64,000 bases of DNA from Oscillospiraceae bacterium (GCA_017411225.1 JAFRDQ010000065.1:588-64587), one strand, 5' to 3'. Counted from the first letter of the stretch, positions 1 through 9,655 are shown. Notes: generated by a model not told the origin, from the sequence alone. Translations and numbers: made by a program.

Positions 1-2
1 TG

Positions 3-935
3 ATCACGCACCTTGTCGGCGGCAGCGCGGGGCGCGAGGGCGCGGCACTGCAGATCGGCGGCAGTCTCGGCTGCCAGATCGGGCAGCTGTTTCATCTGGA
101 CGAAAAGGACATGCGCCTCGCAACCCTCTGCGGCATGAGCGCGGTGTTCTCCGCCCTCTTCGGCACGCCGCTGACGGCGACGGTGTTCGCGCTCGAGGTC
201 ATCAGCGTGGGCGTGTTCTACTATTCCGCGCTCGTGCCGTGCATCGTCTCGGCGCTGATTGCCTATGGCGTTTCCAGCATCTGCGGCATCGCGCCGACGC
301 GGTTTTTCCTGCCGGTGGAGCCGGTGCAGGCGCTGCTGCTGGTGAAGGCGGCGGGGATTGCGATCGCGGCGTCGCTGATGAGCATTGCGTTCTGCCTGAC
401 CATGCACGGCACGGAGCACGTGCTCGCAAGGCGGATTCCGAACGGGTATCTGCGCATTGCCCTCGGCGGCATGGCGATCATCGCGCTGACGCTCCTCGTC
501 GGCAGCGGGGACTACAACGGCGCGGGCATGGGCGTGATTACCCGCGCGATCGAGCACGGGACGGCGCACCCGCTCGCGTTCCTCCTAAAGCTCGTGTTCA
601 CCGCGATCACGATCGGCTCCGGCTTCAAGGGCGGCGAGGTTATCCCGACGTTCTTCATCGGCGCGACGCTCGGCGCGGTGCTGGGGCCCCTGCTCGGCAT
701 GCCCGCGGGCTTTGCCGCGGCGCTCGGGCTGGTGTGCCTGTTCTGCGGGGCGGTGAACTGCCCGATCGCCTCGTTCGTGCTGAGCGTGGAGCTCTTCGGC
801 GGCGGCAACCTCATCTACTTCGCCCTCGGCTGCGGCATTGCCTACATGCTCTCGGGCTACTTCGGGCTCTACAGCAGCCAGAAGATCCTCTACTCCAAGC
901 TCCGCGCGGAGTTTATCAATATCAACGCAAAATAA
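3..935 (+). CDS. Voltage-gated chloride channel (ClC) family protein, C-terminal part; 5' end lies outside the window
   Basis: Frame is open to the window edge. In-frame upstream residues GREGAALQIGG and later GSGFKGGEVIPTFFIGATLG match ClC selectivity-filter motifs. Multi-pass hydrophobic protein. Confidence 0.85.
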   Translation: MTHLVGGSAGREGAALQIGGSLGCQIGQLFHLDEKDMRLATLCGMSAVFSALFGTPLTATVFALEVISVGVFYYSALVPCIVSALIAYGVSSICGIAPTRFFLPVEPVQALLLVKAAGIAIAASLMSIAFCLTMHGTEHVLARRIPNGYLRIALGGMAIIALTLLVGSGDYNGAGMGVITRAIEHGTAHPLAFLLKLVFTAITIGSGFKGGEVIPTFFIGATLGAVLGPLLGMPAGFAAALGLVCLFCGAVNCPIASFVLSVELFGGGNLIYFALGCGIAYMLSGYFGLYSSQKILYSKLRAEFININAK

Positions 936-936
936 T

Positions 937-976
937 CAAACCGCCTGTTGCCCATGCGACAGGCGGTTTGATTTGT
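937..976 (+). terminator. Intrinsic terminator after the ClC gene
   Basis: Stem caaaccgcctgt/acaggcggtttg followed by a T-rich tail, 2 nt after the stop codon. Confidence 0.7.
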
Positions 977-1170
977 ACAAACTATCAAAAATATTTATAT
1001 GATCATTTACCAATTTTAATCATTCCTACGAAAATGAATAAATTGTGAACAAGGCATTGAAATGGTAGGAAAAAAGCGGTAAACTAACGCTATCCTGAAT
1101 TGTTTAGCACGTTGCAGTAAAGAAGAGGGATATCGGCGCGCTGTCGATTCAGCAGAATGGAGGTTTTATC

Positions 1171-2652
1171 ATGGATCAAGTTCCCAGCAGTACCAACCAG
1201 CGCGGTTCATTCGGCTCGAACATTGGCTTCCTGCTCTCCGCCATCGGCTCTGCGGTCGGCCTCGGCAACATCTGGGGCTTCCCGTACAAGATGGGCAAGT
1301 GCGGCGGCTTTACATTCCTGCTGATCTATCTCGCTCTGGCCGTCTTCGTCGGCTTCGCCATCATGATGGGCGAGCTGGCGCTCGGCCGCAAGACCGGTCT
1401 CGGCCCGGTCAACGCCTACAAGGCCATCTCCAAGAAATTCAAGTGGGTCGGCTGGCTTGCCGTCGCGGGCGGCTTCTTCGTGCTGACGTTCTACATGGTC
1501 CTTGGCGGCTACTGCATCTACTACGTCATCATCAACCTGATCGGCATCTTCGGCGGTATGCCCGACAGCTCCAGCTTCGGTGCGATGATCACAAATCGCT
1601 GGCTGAGCATCGGCATCACGCTGCTGTTCTTCGTGATCTGCTGGGCGATCAACCGCGGCGGCGTCGCCGGCGGCATTGAGAAGTTCAACAAGATCGGCAT
1701 GCCGGCGCTGTTCGTGATGCTCGTGATCATCATCATCAAGGCGCTCACGATGCCCCACGCTGCCGAAGGTCTGAAGTTCATGTTCGTGCCCGGCTACGCC
1801 ACGAAGGTGACCGAGTTCGGCCAGTTCGTCGAGTCCACGCCCAGCCTGCTCTCGATCCTCGCCACCGCCGGCGGTCAGATGTTCTTCTCCCTCTCGCTCG
1901 GCATGAGCGCGATGATCACCTACGGCTCCTATCTGAGCAAGAAGGAGAATCTGCCGAAGAACTCCGTCATCATCGTCTTTGCCGATACGCTCATCGCGAT
2001 TCTCGCGGGCGTCGCGGTCATCCCCGCCGCCGTGGCCAACGGCATTGCACAGGGTCTGTCCGTGAGCGAAATTAAGCTCAACGGCCCCGGCCTGCTCTTC
2101 TCCACGCTGCAGGATGTGTTCCACAACATGGGCGCCCTCGGCGGCGTGTTCGGCGTGATCTTCTACGTCCTCGTTCTGATCGCGGCGATCTCCTCGGCCA
2201 TCAGCGTCATTGAAGGCGTGGCCGTCACGTTCATCGACCGCGCCTCTGCCAAGGGCAGGGAGCCCAGCCGCACCCGCGCGATCACCCTCACCTGCGTGGT
2301 GCTGTTCGCATTCAGCTTCCTCGTGGCCGTCGACGGTCTCGGCAGCAACAACATCGCCCCCTGGCAGATGCTGGGCATGAGCGAGGAGGCCATCCGCAAC
2401 TGGAACGACTGCTGGCTCGACTTCTTCGATCTCATCGCAGAGGGCATCCTGATGCCGCTCGGCGCGATGCTCATGTCCTGCATGATCGGCTGGGAGCTCA
2501 AGCCCAAGTCCTTCGAGGATGAGATCAAGTCCGGCTCCAACGGCGGCGCGATGGGCTTCTGGAGCTTCTGCATCAAGTTCGTCTGCCCCGTGGTCATGTT
2601 CTTCATCGTCCTGGTGCAGGTCAGCGACTTCTTCGGCCTCGGCTGGTTCTAA
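1171..2652 (+). CDS. Sodium-dependent transporter, neurotransmitter:sodium symporter (SNF/NSS) family
   Basis: 493 aa multi-TM protein with N-terminal GSAVGLGNIWGFPY motif; GGAGG 7 nt upstream of the ATG. Confidence 0.9.
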   Translation: MDQVPSSTNQRGSFGSNIGFLLSAIGSAVGLGNIWGFPYKMGKCGGFTFLLIYLALAVFVGFAIMMGELALGRKTGLGPVNAYKAISKKFKWVGWLAVAGGFFVLTFYMVLGGYCIYYVIINLIGIFGGMPDSSSFGAMITNRWLSIGITLLFFVICWAINRGGVAGGIEKFNKIGMPALFVMLVIIIIKALTMPHAAEGLKFMFVPGYATKVTEFGQFVESTPSLLSILATAGGQMFFSLSLGMSAMITYGSYLSKKENLPKNSVIIVFADTLIAILAGVAVIPAAVANGIAQGLSVSEIKLNGPGLLFSTLQDVFHNMGALGGVFGVIFYVLVLIAAISSAISVIEGVAVTFIDRASAKGREPSRTRAITLTCVVLFAFSFLVAVDGLGSNNIAPWQMLGMSEEAIRNWNDCWLDFFDLIAEGILMPLGAMLMSCMIGWELKPKSFEDEIKSGSNGGAMGFWSFCIKFVCPVVMFFIVLVQVSDFFGLGWF

Positions 2653-2709
2653 AAAGACAATTGCATTTTCCAAAAATGCATCCCTCTATTTCCATTCCTA
2701 AACCGCACG

Positions 2710-2741
2710 AATCCGGCTGCCAATCGGCAGCCGGATTTGTT
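2710..2741 (+). terminator. Intrinsic terminator after the SNF transporter
   Basis: Stem aatccggctgcc/ggcagccggatt plus T-rich tail. Confidence 0.65.
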
Positions 2742-2745
2742 ATCT

Positions 2746-2782
2746 CAAAAGAGAGACCGCCGTTGGGGCGATCTCTCTTTTG
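2746..2782 (-). terminator. Intrinsic terminator after tadA (minus strand)
   Basis: Stem caaaagagaga.../...tctctcttttg; read on the minus strand it ends in a U-run, 14 nt after the tadA stop. Confidence 0.65.
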
Positions 2783-2795
2783 AATATACTCGTGT

Positions 2796-3242
2796 TTATC
2801 GCAGCTTTTCAAAAAAGCGCTTTAATATCGCGGCGCAGTCCTCTGCGAGCACGCCGCCGTAGAGCTTTGGGTGGTGGCCGTAGCGCTCCTCGAAGAGGTT
2901 GATGACGCTGCCGCAGGAGCCGAAGTTCGGTTCCTTCGCGCCATAGATAACCGTGCCGACGCGGGCGTTGATGATGGCGCCGGTGCACATGGGGCAGGGC
3001 TCGAGCGTGACGCAGAGCGTGCAGTCCTCGAGATGCCACGTGCCGAGCGCTTTGCAGGCATCCCTGATCGCCTCGATCTCGGCGTGGGCGTCGGCGCGGT
3101 GGGTCTCCTCGCGGCGGTTGCGCCCCGCGCCGATGATCCGCCCTTCCCCGTCGGCGATCACGCAGCCGACCGGGACCTCCCCGGCGTCAAACGCCGCCTG
3201 CGCCTGCTGCAGCGCAAGGCGCATCATATCCTCTCTCGTCAT
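2796..3242 (-). CDS. tadA: tRNA adenosine(34) deaminase
   Basis: 148 aa with HAEIEAIR and PCPMCTGAI zinc-binding deaminase motifs. Start overlaps the upstream gene stop by 4 nt (ATGA). Confidence 0.9.
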   Translation of the reverse strand: MTREDMMRLALQQAQAAFDAGEVPVGCVIADGEGRIIGAGRNRREETHRADAHAEIEAIRDACKALGTWHLEDCTLCVTLEPCPMCTGAIINARVGTVIYGAKEPNFGSCGSVINLFEERYGHHPKLYGGVLAEDCAAILKRFFEKLR

Positions 3243-3526
3243 GCCTCATCCTCCAGCGCCTGATCGAGCGCGGCCTTGAGATGCGCCCTGATCTCCTCAT
3301 AGCCCTCGGAGGGATCGGCCTCATAGAGCTTGCGCGCGCCGAGATAGACGCTCGGCACATACCAGTAATCAAACTGATCCGCGAGCCCCCGCTGGCGGTT
3401 TTCATCGATCCAGCGCACGTTCACCGCGGAGTAAGCGGGGTTTTCCTCCGTGAGCGCCTTGATGGCCTTGTGTGCCTTGCGGCAGTAGGGGCAGAAAGCC
3501 TGCTCAAAAATCGTGATCTCGGCCAT
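3239..3526 (-). CDS. Glutaredoxin/thioredoxin-fold protein (CPYC active site)
   Basis: Start trimmed from the 150-aa ORF to MAEITIFEQAFCPYCRKA, which has AGGGAGG just upstream. 95 aa. Confidence 0.75.
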   Translation of the reverse strand: MAEITIFEQAFCPYCRKAHKAIKALTEENPAYSAVNVRWIDENRQRGLADQFDYWYVPSVYLGARKLYEADPSEGYEEIRAHLKAALDQALEDEA

Positions 3527-3638
3527 GCCAACGCCTCCCTTCCGGTTTTCTCCATTATAGCGGAAACTGTGCGCCGCGGCAACCGGTCTTTTCTTCTGTC
3601 TGCATTTGTGGTAAAATATGATTTTGAGGTGATCCCAG

Positions 3639-4313
3639 ATGAGAATACTCGTGGTGGAGGATGAGCGCGACCTCAACCGCATCCTCACCAAGACGCTCTC
3701 GGCCGAGGGCTGCAGCGTGGACGCCTGCTTTGACGGGCTGGAGGCGCTGGACTATCTCTCCGGCGCGAGCTACGACGTGATTGTGCTCGACCGGATGATG
3801 CCGCGCATGGACGGGATGGAGCTTTTGAGCCGTCTGCGCGCACAGGGCGACGAGACGCCCGTAATCTTTCTGACGGCGAAGGACGCGGTCGCCGAGCGTG
3901 TGCGCGGACTGGACGCCGGGGCGGACGACTATCTCGTAAAGCCCTTCAGCTTTGAGGAGCTGATGGCGCGCATCCGCGTCGTGACGCGAAAGCACTCCGG
4001 CAGCACGACGAATCTCTTTACCGTGGGCGATCTCACGGTGGACACCGGCGCGCACACCGTGCGCCGCGGGGAGAAGAACATCAACCTCTCGACGAAGGAA
4101 TTTGCCCTGCTGGAATACATGATCCGCAACAAGGGCGTGGTCCTCTCGCGCGAGAGCATCGAAAACAATCTCTGGAACTATGACTATTCCGGCGGCTCGA
4201 ACGTGGTGGACGTGTACATCAGCTATCTCCGCCGCAAGATTGACAGCGGCTGGCCGAAGAAGCTGATCCACACCGTATGGGGCGTAGGCTGGGTGCTGAG
4301 AGAGGAAGAATAG
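3639..4313 (+). CDS. OmpR-family response regulator
   Basis: MRILVVEDE receiver domain, LDRMMP, winged-helix C-terminus (TVWGVGW). Confidence 0.92.
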   Translation: MRILVVEDERDLNRILTKTLSAEGCSVDACFDGLEALDYLSGASYDVIVLDRMMPRMDGMELLSRLRAQGDETPVIFLTAKDAVAERVRGLDAGADDYLVKPFSFEELMARIRVVTRKHSGSTTNLFTVGDLTVDTGAHTVRRGEKNINLSTKEFALLEYMIRNKGVVLSRESIENNLWNYDYSGGSNVVDVYISYLRRKIDSGWPKKLIHTVWGVGWVLREEE

Positions 4314-4316
4314 AGT

Positions 4317-5675
4317 TTGTCGATCAAAAGCAGAATCACGCTGTTCTTCGCGCTCATCATGCTCGTGATTGAGGCGCTGGTGCTCACGTTCATCATGGTC
4401 ATCAACGGCAACGTCGTGACGAACAACCCCGAGCGCCGGCTCGTGCAGGTGATGGAGGCAAATCTGAACCGCGTGACCTTCACCGACCAGGAATTCAAGC
4501 TGGACAGGGTCAAATACTACACCAAGGGCGTTTACTCCGCGCTCTATGACGAGGAGCAGAACGTCATCCGCGGGGCGCTCCCGGCGGAGTTTACAGCCGA
4601 GGACGCGCTGCAGGATCACTCGCTGCGGCGGGTCCAATGCGGTGAGCAGGCGTTTTACGTCTATGACATGCATCTGGACATGTTCGTCGGCGGGGTGTGG
4701 CTGCGCGGCGTGATCGACGCCGAGCCCACGGGCGGCAGCTTCATGACGGCGATCATCGCGGTCGCGTGGTCGGTGCTGCCGGTGCTGCTGATCCTCTCGA
4801 TCCTCGGCGGCTATCTGATCGCGGGGCAGGCGCTCAAGCCGATCAAGGCCGTGACCGAGGCGGCGAACGCCATTTCCGACGGGCAGGATCTCAAGGCGCG
4901 CATCGGCGCGACCGGCGGAAAGGATGAGGTGAGCCAGCTCGCCGCGAGCTTTGATAACATGTTCGACCGGCTGGAGGCCTCCTTCGAGGCCGAGCAGCAG
5001 TTTACGTCCGACGCATCGCACGAGCTGCGCACGCCGACGACGGTGATCCTCGCCGAGTGCAGCTATGCGCAGAAGAACGCGAAGACGCCGGAGGATTATC
5101 AGGCCTCGCTGGACGTGATCCAGCGGCAGGCCGAGAAGATGAGCACGCTGGTAAAAAGCCTGCTGGAGATCACGCGGCTCGACCAGGGCACGCAGAAGGT
5201 GAACCTGGAATACGCGGATCTGAGCGATCTGGTGCACGTGGTGTGCGAGGAGCAGGCCATCGTGGCGCGAAAGGGCATCCGCCTGCAGACGGACATTCAG
5301 CCGGAGCTCTACGCGGAGATCGACGTGTTTCTCATCAGCCGCATGCTCCAAAATCTCATTGACAACGCATTCAAATTCGGGAAGGAAAACGGCTATGTGC
5401 GCGTGACGCTCCACCGCGCCGGCGCCGGCGCGCGCCTGACCGTGGAGGACAACGGCATCGGCATCTCTGAGGAGGATCGAAGCCGCATCTTCCAGCGGTT
5501 TTATCAGGCCGAGGACAGCCGCCGCTCGCAGGGCGGGCTGGGTCTGGGGCTGAGCATGGTGCGCCAGATCGTGCTGCTGCACGGCGGCGCCATCACTGTG
5601 GACAGCACGGAGGGCAAGGGCACGACCTTCACCGTCATTCTCCCCGAACATCCGAGAAAGGAAGAAATCAAATGA
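4317..5675 (+). CDS. Sensor histidine kinase (HisKA/HATPase_c)
   Basis: TTG start 3 nt after the regulator stop. Two TM segments, H-box SDASHELRTP, N-box IDNAFKF, G-boxes DNGIGI and GGLGLGL. Confidence 0.9.
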   Translation: MSIKSRITLFFALIMLVIEALVLTFIMVINGNVVTNNPERRLVQVMEANLNRVTFTDQEFKLDRVKYYTKGVYSALYDEEQNVIRGALPAEFTAEDALQDHSLRRVQCGEQAFYVYDMHLDMFVGGVWLRGVIDAEPTGGSFMTAIIAVAWSVLPVLLILSILGGYLIAGQALKPIKAVTEAANAISDGQDLKARIGATGGKDEVSQLAASFDNMFDRLEASFEAEQQFTSDASHELRTPTTVILAECSYAQKNAKTPEDYQASLDVIQRQAEKMSTLVKSLLEITRLDQGTQKVNLEYADLSDLVHVVCEEQAIVARKGIRLQTDIQPELYAEIDVFLISRMLQNLIDNAFKFGKENGYVRVTLHRAGAGARLTVEDNGIGISEEDRSRIFQRFYQAEDSRRSQGGLGLGLSMVRQIVLLHGGAITVDSTEGKGTTFTVILPEHPRKEEIK

Positions 5676-6907
5676 AAAAATCCGTACTCCGCAATTACGC
5701 CCGTCTGATCGCCGTCGAGGGCGGCCGGATCCAGAAGGGCCAGAACGTGATCATCGTCTCCGAGATCGATCAGGGCGACTTCGTGACGATGCTGGTCGAC
5801 GAGTGCTACAAGGCCGGCGCGCGCTCGGTGCGCGTGGAATGGCAGCATCAGGCGCTCGAGAAGCTCCACGTCCGCCACCAGAGCGTGAAGACGCTCGGCA
5901 CGGTGGAAAAGTGGGAGGAGGAGAAGCTGCGCTGGCAGACAGAGGATCTGCCCGTGCGCATCTATCTCGACAGCGAGGATCCCGACGGGCTCAAGGGCAT
6001 GAATCAGGCCAAGGCCGCCAAGGGCCGTCAGGCGCGCTACAAGATCGTGAAGCCCTACCGCGATCAGATGGAGGGGCGCTATCAGTGGTGCATCGCCGCC
6101 GTGCCCGGCGCCGCGTGGGCCAAGAAGGTCTTCCCCCACCTGAGCAAGCATCAGGCGGTGGAGGCGCTGTGGGAGGCGATTCTCTCCACCTGCCGCGCGA
6201 GCGAGGGCATGGACGCCGTGGCCGAATGGGACGCGCACAACCGCGAGCTCAAGGCCCGCTGCGCCTATCTGAACCATCTCGGCATCGAGACGCTGGAATA
6301 TCACGCCTCGAATGGCACGGACTTCACCGTGGGCATGATCGAAGAGGCGCGCTTCTGCGGCGGCGCGGAGGACACGATCGGCGGCGTGACCTTCAACCCC
6401 AACATGCCGACTGAGGAGTGCTTCATCAGCCCGAAGCGCGGCGTGGCCGAGGGCATTGTCTATTCCTCCAAGCCGCTGAGCTGGCAGGGCGAGCTGATTG
6501 AGAACTTCTCCGTCCGCTTCCACGAGGGCAAGGCCGTGGAGGTCAAGGCCGAGAAGGGTCAGGCGCTGCTGGAGAAGATGATCTCGATGGACGAGGGCGC
6601 AAGCTATCTCGGCGAGTGCGCGCTCGTGCCGTGGAGCAGCCCGATCAACCAGACAGGCCTGCTGTTTTACAACACGCTCTTCGACGAGAACGCCTGCTGC
6701 CATCTGGCGCTCGGCATGGGCTTCATCGACACGATCGAGGGCTACGCCGACCGCACACTCGACCAGATGCGCGAGATGGGCGTGAACGACTCGATGATCC
6801 ACGTTGATTTCATGATTGGAACGGAGGATCTGACCATCACGGCGCACTGCCGCGACGGGCGCACCGTGCCGGTGTTTGAAAACGGAACTTGGGCATTTGA
6901 GGTATAA
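5672..6907 (+). CDS. Aminopeptidase, M29 (AmpS/PepS-like) family
   Basis: 411 aa; N-terminal KNYARLIAVEGGRIQKGQNVII and overall pattern resemble M29 aminopeptidases. ATG overlaps the kinase stop (ATGA). Confidence 0.8.
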   Translation: MKKSVLRNYARLIAVEGGRIQKGQNVIIVSEIDQGDFVTMLVDECYKAGARSVRVEWQHQALEKLHVRHQSVKTLGTVEKWEEEKLRWQTEDLPVRIYLDSEDPDGLKGMNQAKAAKGRQARYKIVKPYRDQMEGRYQWCIAAVPGAAWAKKVFPHLSKHQAVEALWEAILSTCRASEGMDAVAEWDAHNRELKARCAYLNHLGIETLEYHASNGTDFTVGMIEEARFCGGAEDTIGGVTFNPNMPTEECFISPKRGVAEGIVYSSKPLSWQGELIENFSVRFHEGKAVEVKAEKGQALLEKMISMDEGASYLGECALVPWSSPINQTGLLFYNTLFDENACCHLALGMGFIDTIEGYADRTLDQMREMGVNDSMIHVDFMIGTEDLTITAHCRDGRTVPVFENGTWAFEV

Positions 6908-6918
6908 AATCGCATATT

Positions 6919-6955
6919 AGTGGTGCGTTTGAGCATTCAAACGCACCACTTTTTG
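6919..6955 (+). terminator. Intrinsic terminator after the aminopeptidase
   Basis: Stem agtggtgcgtttga/tcaaacgcaccact followed by TTTTT. Confidence 0.8.
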
Positions 6956-6984
6956 TCGAAAGTGGGGAATGCGTGTCGATCCGG

Positions 6985-7013
6985 TTGCGCTTCGGGGCAT
7001 TCTATGGTATAAT
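6985..7013 (+). promoter_or_regulatory. Sigma-70-type promoter for the peptide-binding lipoprotein gene
   Basis: TTGCGC, 17-nt spacer, TGgTATAAT (extended -10), about 45 nt upstream of the start codon. Confidence 0.5.
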
Positions 7014-7059
7014 AATTTGATTATCGATCCAAGAATCCAGCAGAAAGGACCGAAGAACC

Positions 7060-8856
7060 ATGATGAAACGATTGCCCGCGCTGCTTCTGGCGCTGGTGCT
7101 GCTGCTGTCGCTCGCCGCCTGCGGCGAGAAGACGCCGGAGACCGTGCCGACGCCGGAGCTCTCGGCGGAGCCGACGGAGGTCATCTGGCCGACGACCTAT
7201 TGTCTCGGCAAGGCGCCCGTCTCGCTCGACCCGGCGCAGTATGTCTCCACGGACGACGCGACCTATCTCGTGAACCTCTATTCCGGGCTGGTGGCCTACC
7301 GCCGCGCCGGATCGGACACGGTGGAGCTCACGGCGGATCTGTGCGAGAGTCTGCCCGCGCCGACCGTGAACGAGGCCGGCCAGCCGGTCTACACCTTCCG
7401 GCTGCGGGAGAATCTCAAATGGTCGGACGGCAGCAAGCTGACGGCGGAGGACTTCGTCTACGCCTGGAACCGCGTGGTGCAGATGCCCGACGCCGACCAG
7501 CGCTATCTCTTCGACTGCATCGACGGCTATGAGAAAAACGAGCTGAACGTGACCGCGTCGGCCGATGGGAGAACGCTGACCGTGGTGCTCGCCTTCAGCG
7601 AGCCGAACTTCTTAAAGCTCCTGGCAAACCCGGTGTTCTTCCCCGTGCAGAAGAAGGCCGTGGATTCCGGCGACGGCTGGTCGCTCGCGCCGGATCGTCT
7701 CGCCGTGAGCGGGCCGTTCCGCCTGACGCAGTTCGCGCCGACGGGCATGATTTTGGAAAAGAACGAGCGCTACTGGGACGCGCAGAGCGTGACGGCAAGC
7801 GTGCTGCGCTTTGACTTCACGGAGGATCCCGCCGAGGCCGTGGAGGGCTGGAACTCCGGGCGGTACGCGATGATCTCCACCCTGCCCTCCGATCAGCTGC
7901 AGACGCTGCAGAAAACCTACGCGGACAATTATTACACCGCGAGCCGCGTCGGCGTTTACAGTCTCTGCTTCAACCTCAACGATCCCGCGCTCAAGGATTT
8001 CACCGAGGCCGAGCGCGTGCAGCTGCGGCAGGCGCTGAGCCTGCTGATCGACCGGCAGTACATCTGCGACGCGATCGCAAAATCCGGTCAGATTCCGGCC
8101 TCGAGCTGTGTGCCGGACGGGATTACGGACGCGGACGGCTCGCTCTTCACCGCGCACAACGGCCCCGACGGCAAGGGCGGCGGCTACTACAGCGCGGCGG
8201 CGGACGACTATGCCGACAACTGCAGGCAGGCAATCAAGCTCCTGCGCGCCGTGGCCGATTCGAGCAAGAAGTTCACCGTCTCGAAGGCCGACCGCTGCGT
8301 GGACTTCCCGGAGCTGAAGGTGCTCACGAGCGACTCCTTCGGCCATGTGGACATCGCGAACTATCTGCGCGATCTCTATGCGGACTACGGCATCAAGCTA
8401 ACGATCTCGGCGCCGGACCTGAACACCTTCCTCGCTGAGCGCGACAAGGGCGAATACTCCATCACGCGCAGCAGCTGGACGGCGGACTACGACGACCCGA
8501 CGCTCTTTTTGAATCTCTGGAGCACGAGCAACAACCACATCGGCCTCGGCTGGGGCGAGCACGCGAATTACCGCGGCTACAGCGCCACAATCGCCGGAGA
8601 GGTGCGCAAGGATCTCAGCTGGATGGAATCCTACGACGGCCTGCTCTACTCGATCATGAGCAGCACCGCGCCGATCGAGCGCTACCGCCTGATGCACGAG
8701 GCGGAGAACCTGCTGATGAGCACCTGGGCGGTCTGCCCGCTGTATTTGTACACGGACGTCTATCTCGCCACAGATGAGCTCGACGGCATGTACACCAGCC
8801 CCATGGGCGCGAAATACCTGACCAACGTCGTGACCCACGACGAAATGGGGAACTGA
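7060..8856 (+). CDS. ABC transporter substrate-binding lipoprotein, family 5 (peptide/nickel type)
   Basis: 598 aa with lipobox LLLSLAACG; size and composition typical of OppA/DppA-like binding proteins. No cognate permease genes nearby. Confidence 0.8.
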   Translation: MMKRLPALLLALVLLLSLAACGEKTPETVPTPELSAEPTEVIWPTTYCLGKAPVSLDPAQYVSTDDATYLVNLYSGLVAYRRAGSDTVELTADLCESLPAPTVNEAGQPVYTFRLRENLKWSDGSKLTAEDFVYAWNRVVQMPDADQRYLFDCIDGYEKNELNVTASADGRTLTVVLAFSEPNFLKLLANPVFFPVQKKAVDSGDGWSLAPDRLAVSGPFRLTQFAPTGMILEKNERYWDAQSVTASVLRFDFTEDPAEAVEGWNSGRYAMISTLPSDQLQTLQKTYADNYYTASRVGVYSLCFNLNDPALKDFTEAERVQLRQALSLLIDRQYICDAIAKSGQIPASSCVPDGITDADGSLFTAHNGPDGKGGGYYSAAADDYADNCRQAIKLLRAVADSSKKFTVSKADRCVDFPELKVLTSDSFGHVDIANYLRDLYADYGIKLTISAPDLNTFLAERDKGEYSITRSSWTADYDDPTLFLNLWSTSNNHIGLGWGEHANYRGYSATIAGEVRKDLSWMESYDGLLYSIMSSTAPIERYRLMHEAENLLMSTWAVCPLYLYTDVYLATDELDGMYTSPMGAKYLTNVVTHDEMGN

Positions 8857-8864
8857 ATAATATC

Positions 8865-8896
8865 AAAAAGGGACCGGCTCTGGCCGGTCTCTTTTT
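8865..8896 (+). terminator. Intrinsic terminator after the binding-protein gene
   Basis: Stem gggaccggc/gccggtctc with flanking A-run and T-run. Confidence 0.65.
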
Positions 8897-8953
8897 AAAT
8901 ATCTTTTGTTTACGTAATTATATTATGGTTAATTAAGTGTGGTCGCGTCGTCC

Positions 8954-9464
8954 GTAGGGGCGGATATCATCCGCCCGCGCGATCCGGTCTGAATGAATTG
9001 CCTTGTTGCGGCGCATTCGCAGCGCGCTTCCCACCTGCTCCGTAGGGGCCGCCGGGATCAATTCGGCAGTTTCGGCGGCGGCAAGCCACCGCCCTACGGT
9101 TCTCTTTTCGTGCGGAGCATCATCGGCGGGCGACCGCAGGTCGCCCCTACAGTGAATCGGGATCGCTGCGAGTGCGCCGAAGACGGGCATAAGATGATAC
9201 CCTGTTCTGCATGGGCCGCCGAGGGCGTCGGCCCCTACGCTGCATGCGATGCGAATTCGCCGTGGTATAGCGATCAAACCGGGTGCGTTCTGCAGGGACG
9301 TCGAGGACGCCGTCCCCTGCGACGAAGATCCAGCAGCACCGTTGCCCTGACAGAGGATGCGACGGCCCACGGATGGCCGCCCTACGGTGGGTGCGGCCGG
9401 ATTCGCCGGAGGTTGGTATGAAATCGAGGCCGAATCTGCGCGGACGGATGATATCCGCCCCTAC
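8954..9464. repeat. Nested cluster of GTAG-headed REP-like hairpins, bounded by a 27-bp inverted repeat
   Basis: Left end GTAGGGGCGGATATCATCCGCCCGCGC and right end GCGCGGACGGATGATATCCGCCCCTAC differ at 1 position. Inside are at least five further GGG-stem-CCC(C)TAC hairpins (about 9042-9099, 9128-9152, 9213-9239, 9295-9321, 9364-9387) and a GCGAATTCGC core. Confidence 0.85.
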
Positions 9465-9473
9465 AGCACACCG

Positions 9474-9655
9474 GCCTCGCAGAGTTCGTGCGAAGCACGA
9501 ATCCAATCAAATCCGTTTTTCCGGCGACATGTGCGGCGGAAAAACTCCCTGAGGCGAAGCGTCACGCGAGCCCTCGCGCCGACCAACTGAGCGAAGCGAA
9601 GGCGATGGAGCGCGAGTCTTTCCAAGGAGAGCCGCATCGCGGCTCTCCTTGGACG
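9474..9655 (+). repeat. Five-hairpin mosaic repeat (here called family 2), copy 1
   Basis: Shares GCCTCGCAGAGTT, AATCCAATC, TTTTCCGGCGACATGTGCGGCGGAAAA, CTCGCGCCGACCAA and GCGCGAG blocks with the copies at 10116, 40608 and 60619. Its stems differ. Confidence 0.85.

Noticed and set aside
3555-5651. Very long ORFs antisense to, or out of frame with, well-supported genes. Examples: 3555-5651(-) 698 aa, 1207-2673(-), 17017-17979(+), 23194-24435(+), 27086-28012(-), 35785-36798(-), 37499-38470(-), 41569-43239(+), 43169-44461(+), 51655-52986(-), 54831-55814(-), 57114-58979(-).
   Set aside because: These are typical shadow ORFs of high-GC DNA. Their products are Arg/Ala/His/Gly/Asp-rich low-complexity sequences without motifs. 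They lack convincing ribosome-binding sites. Each fully overlaps a gene with clear family motifs on the other strand or frame.
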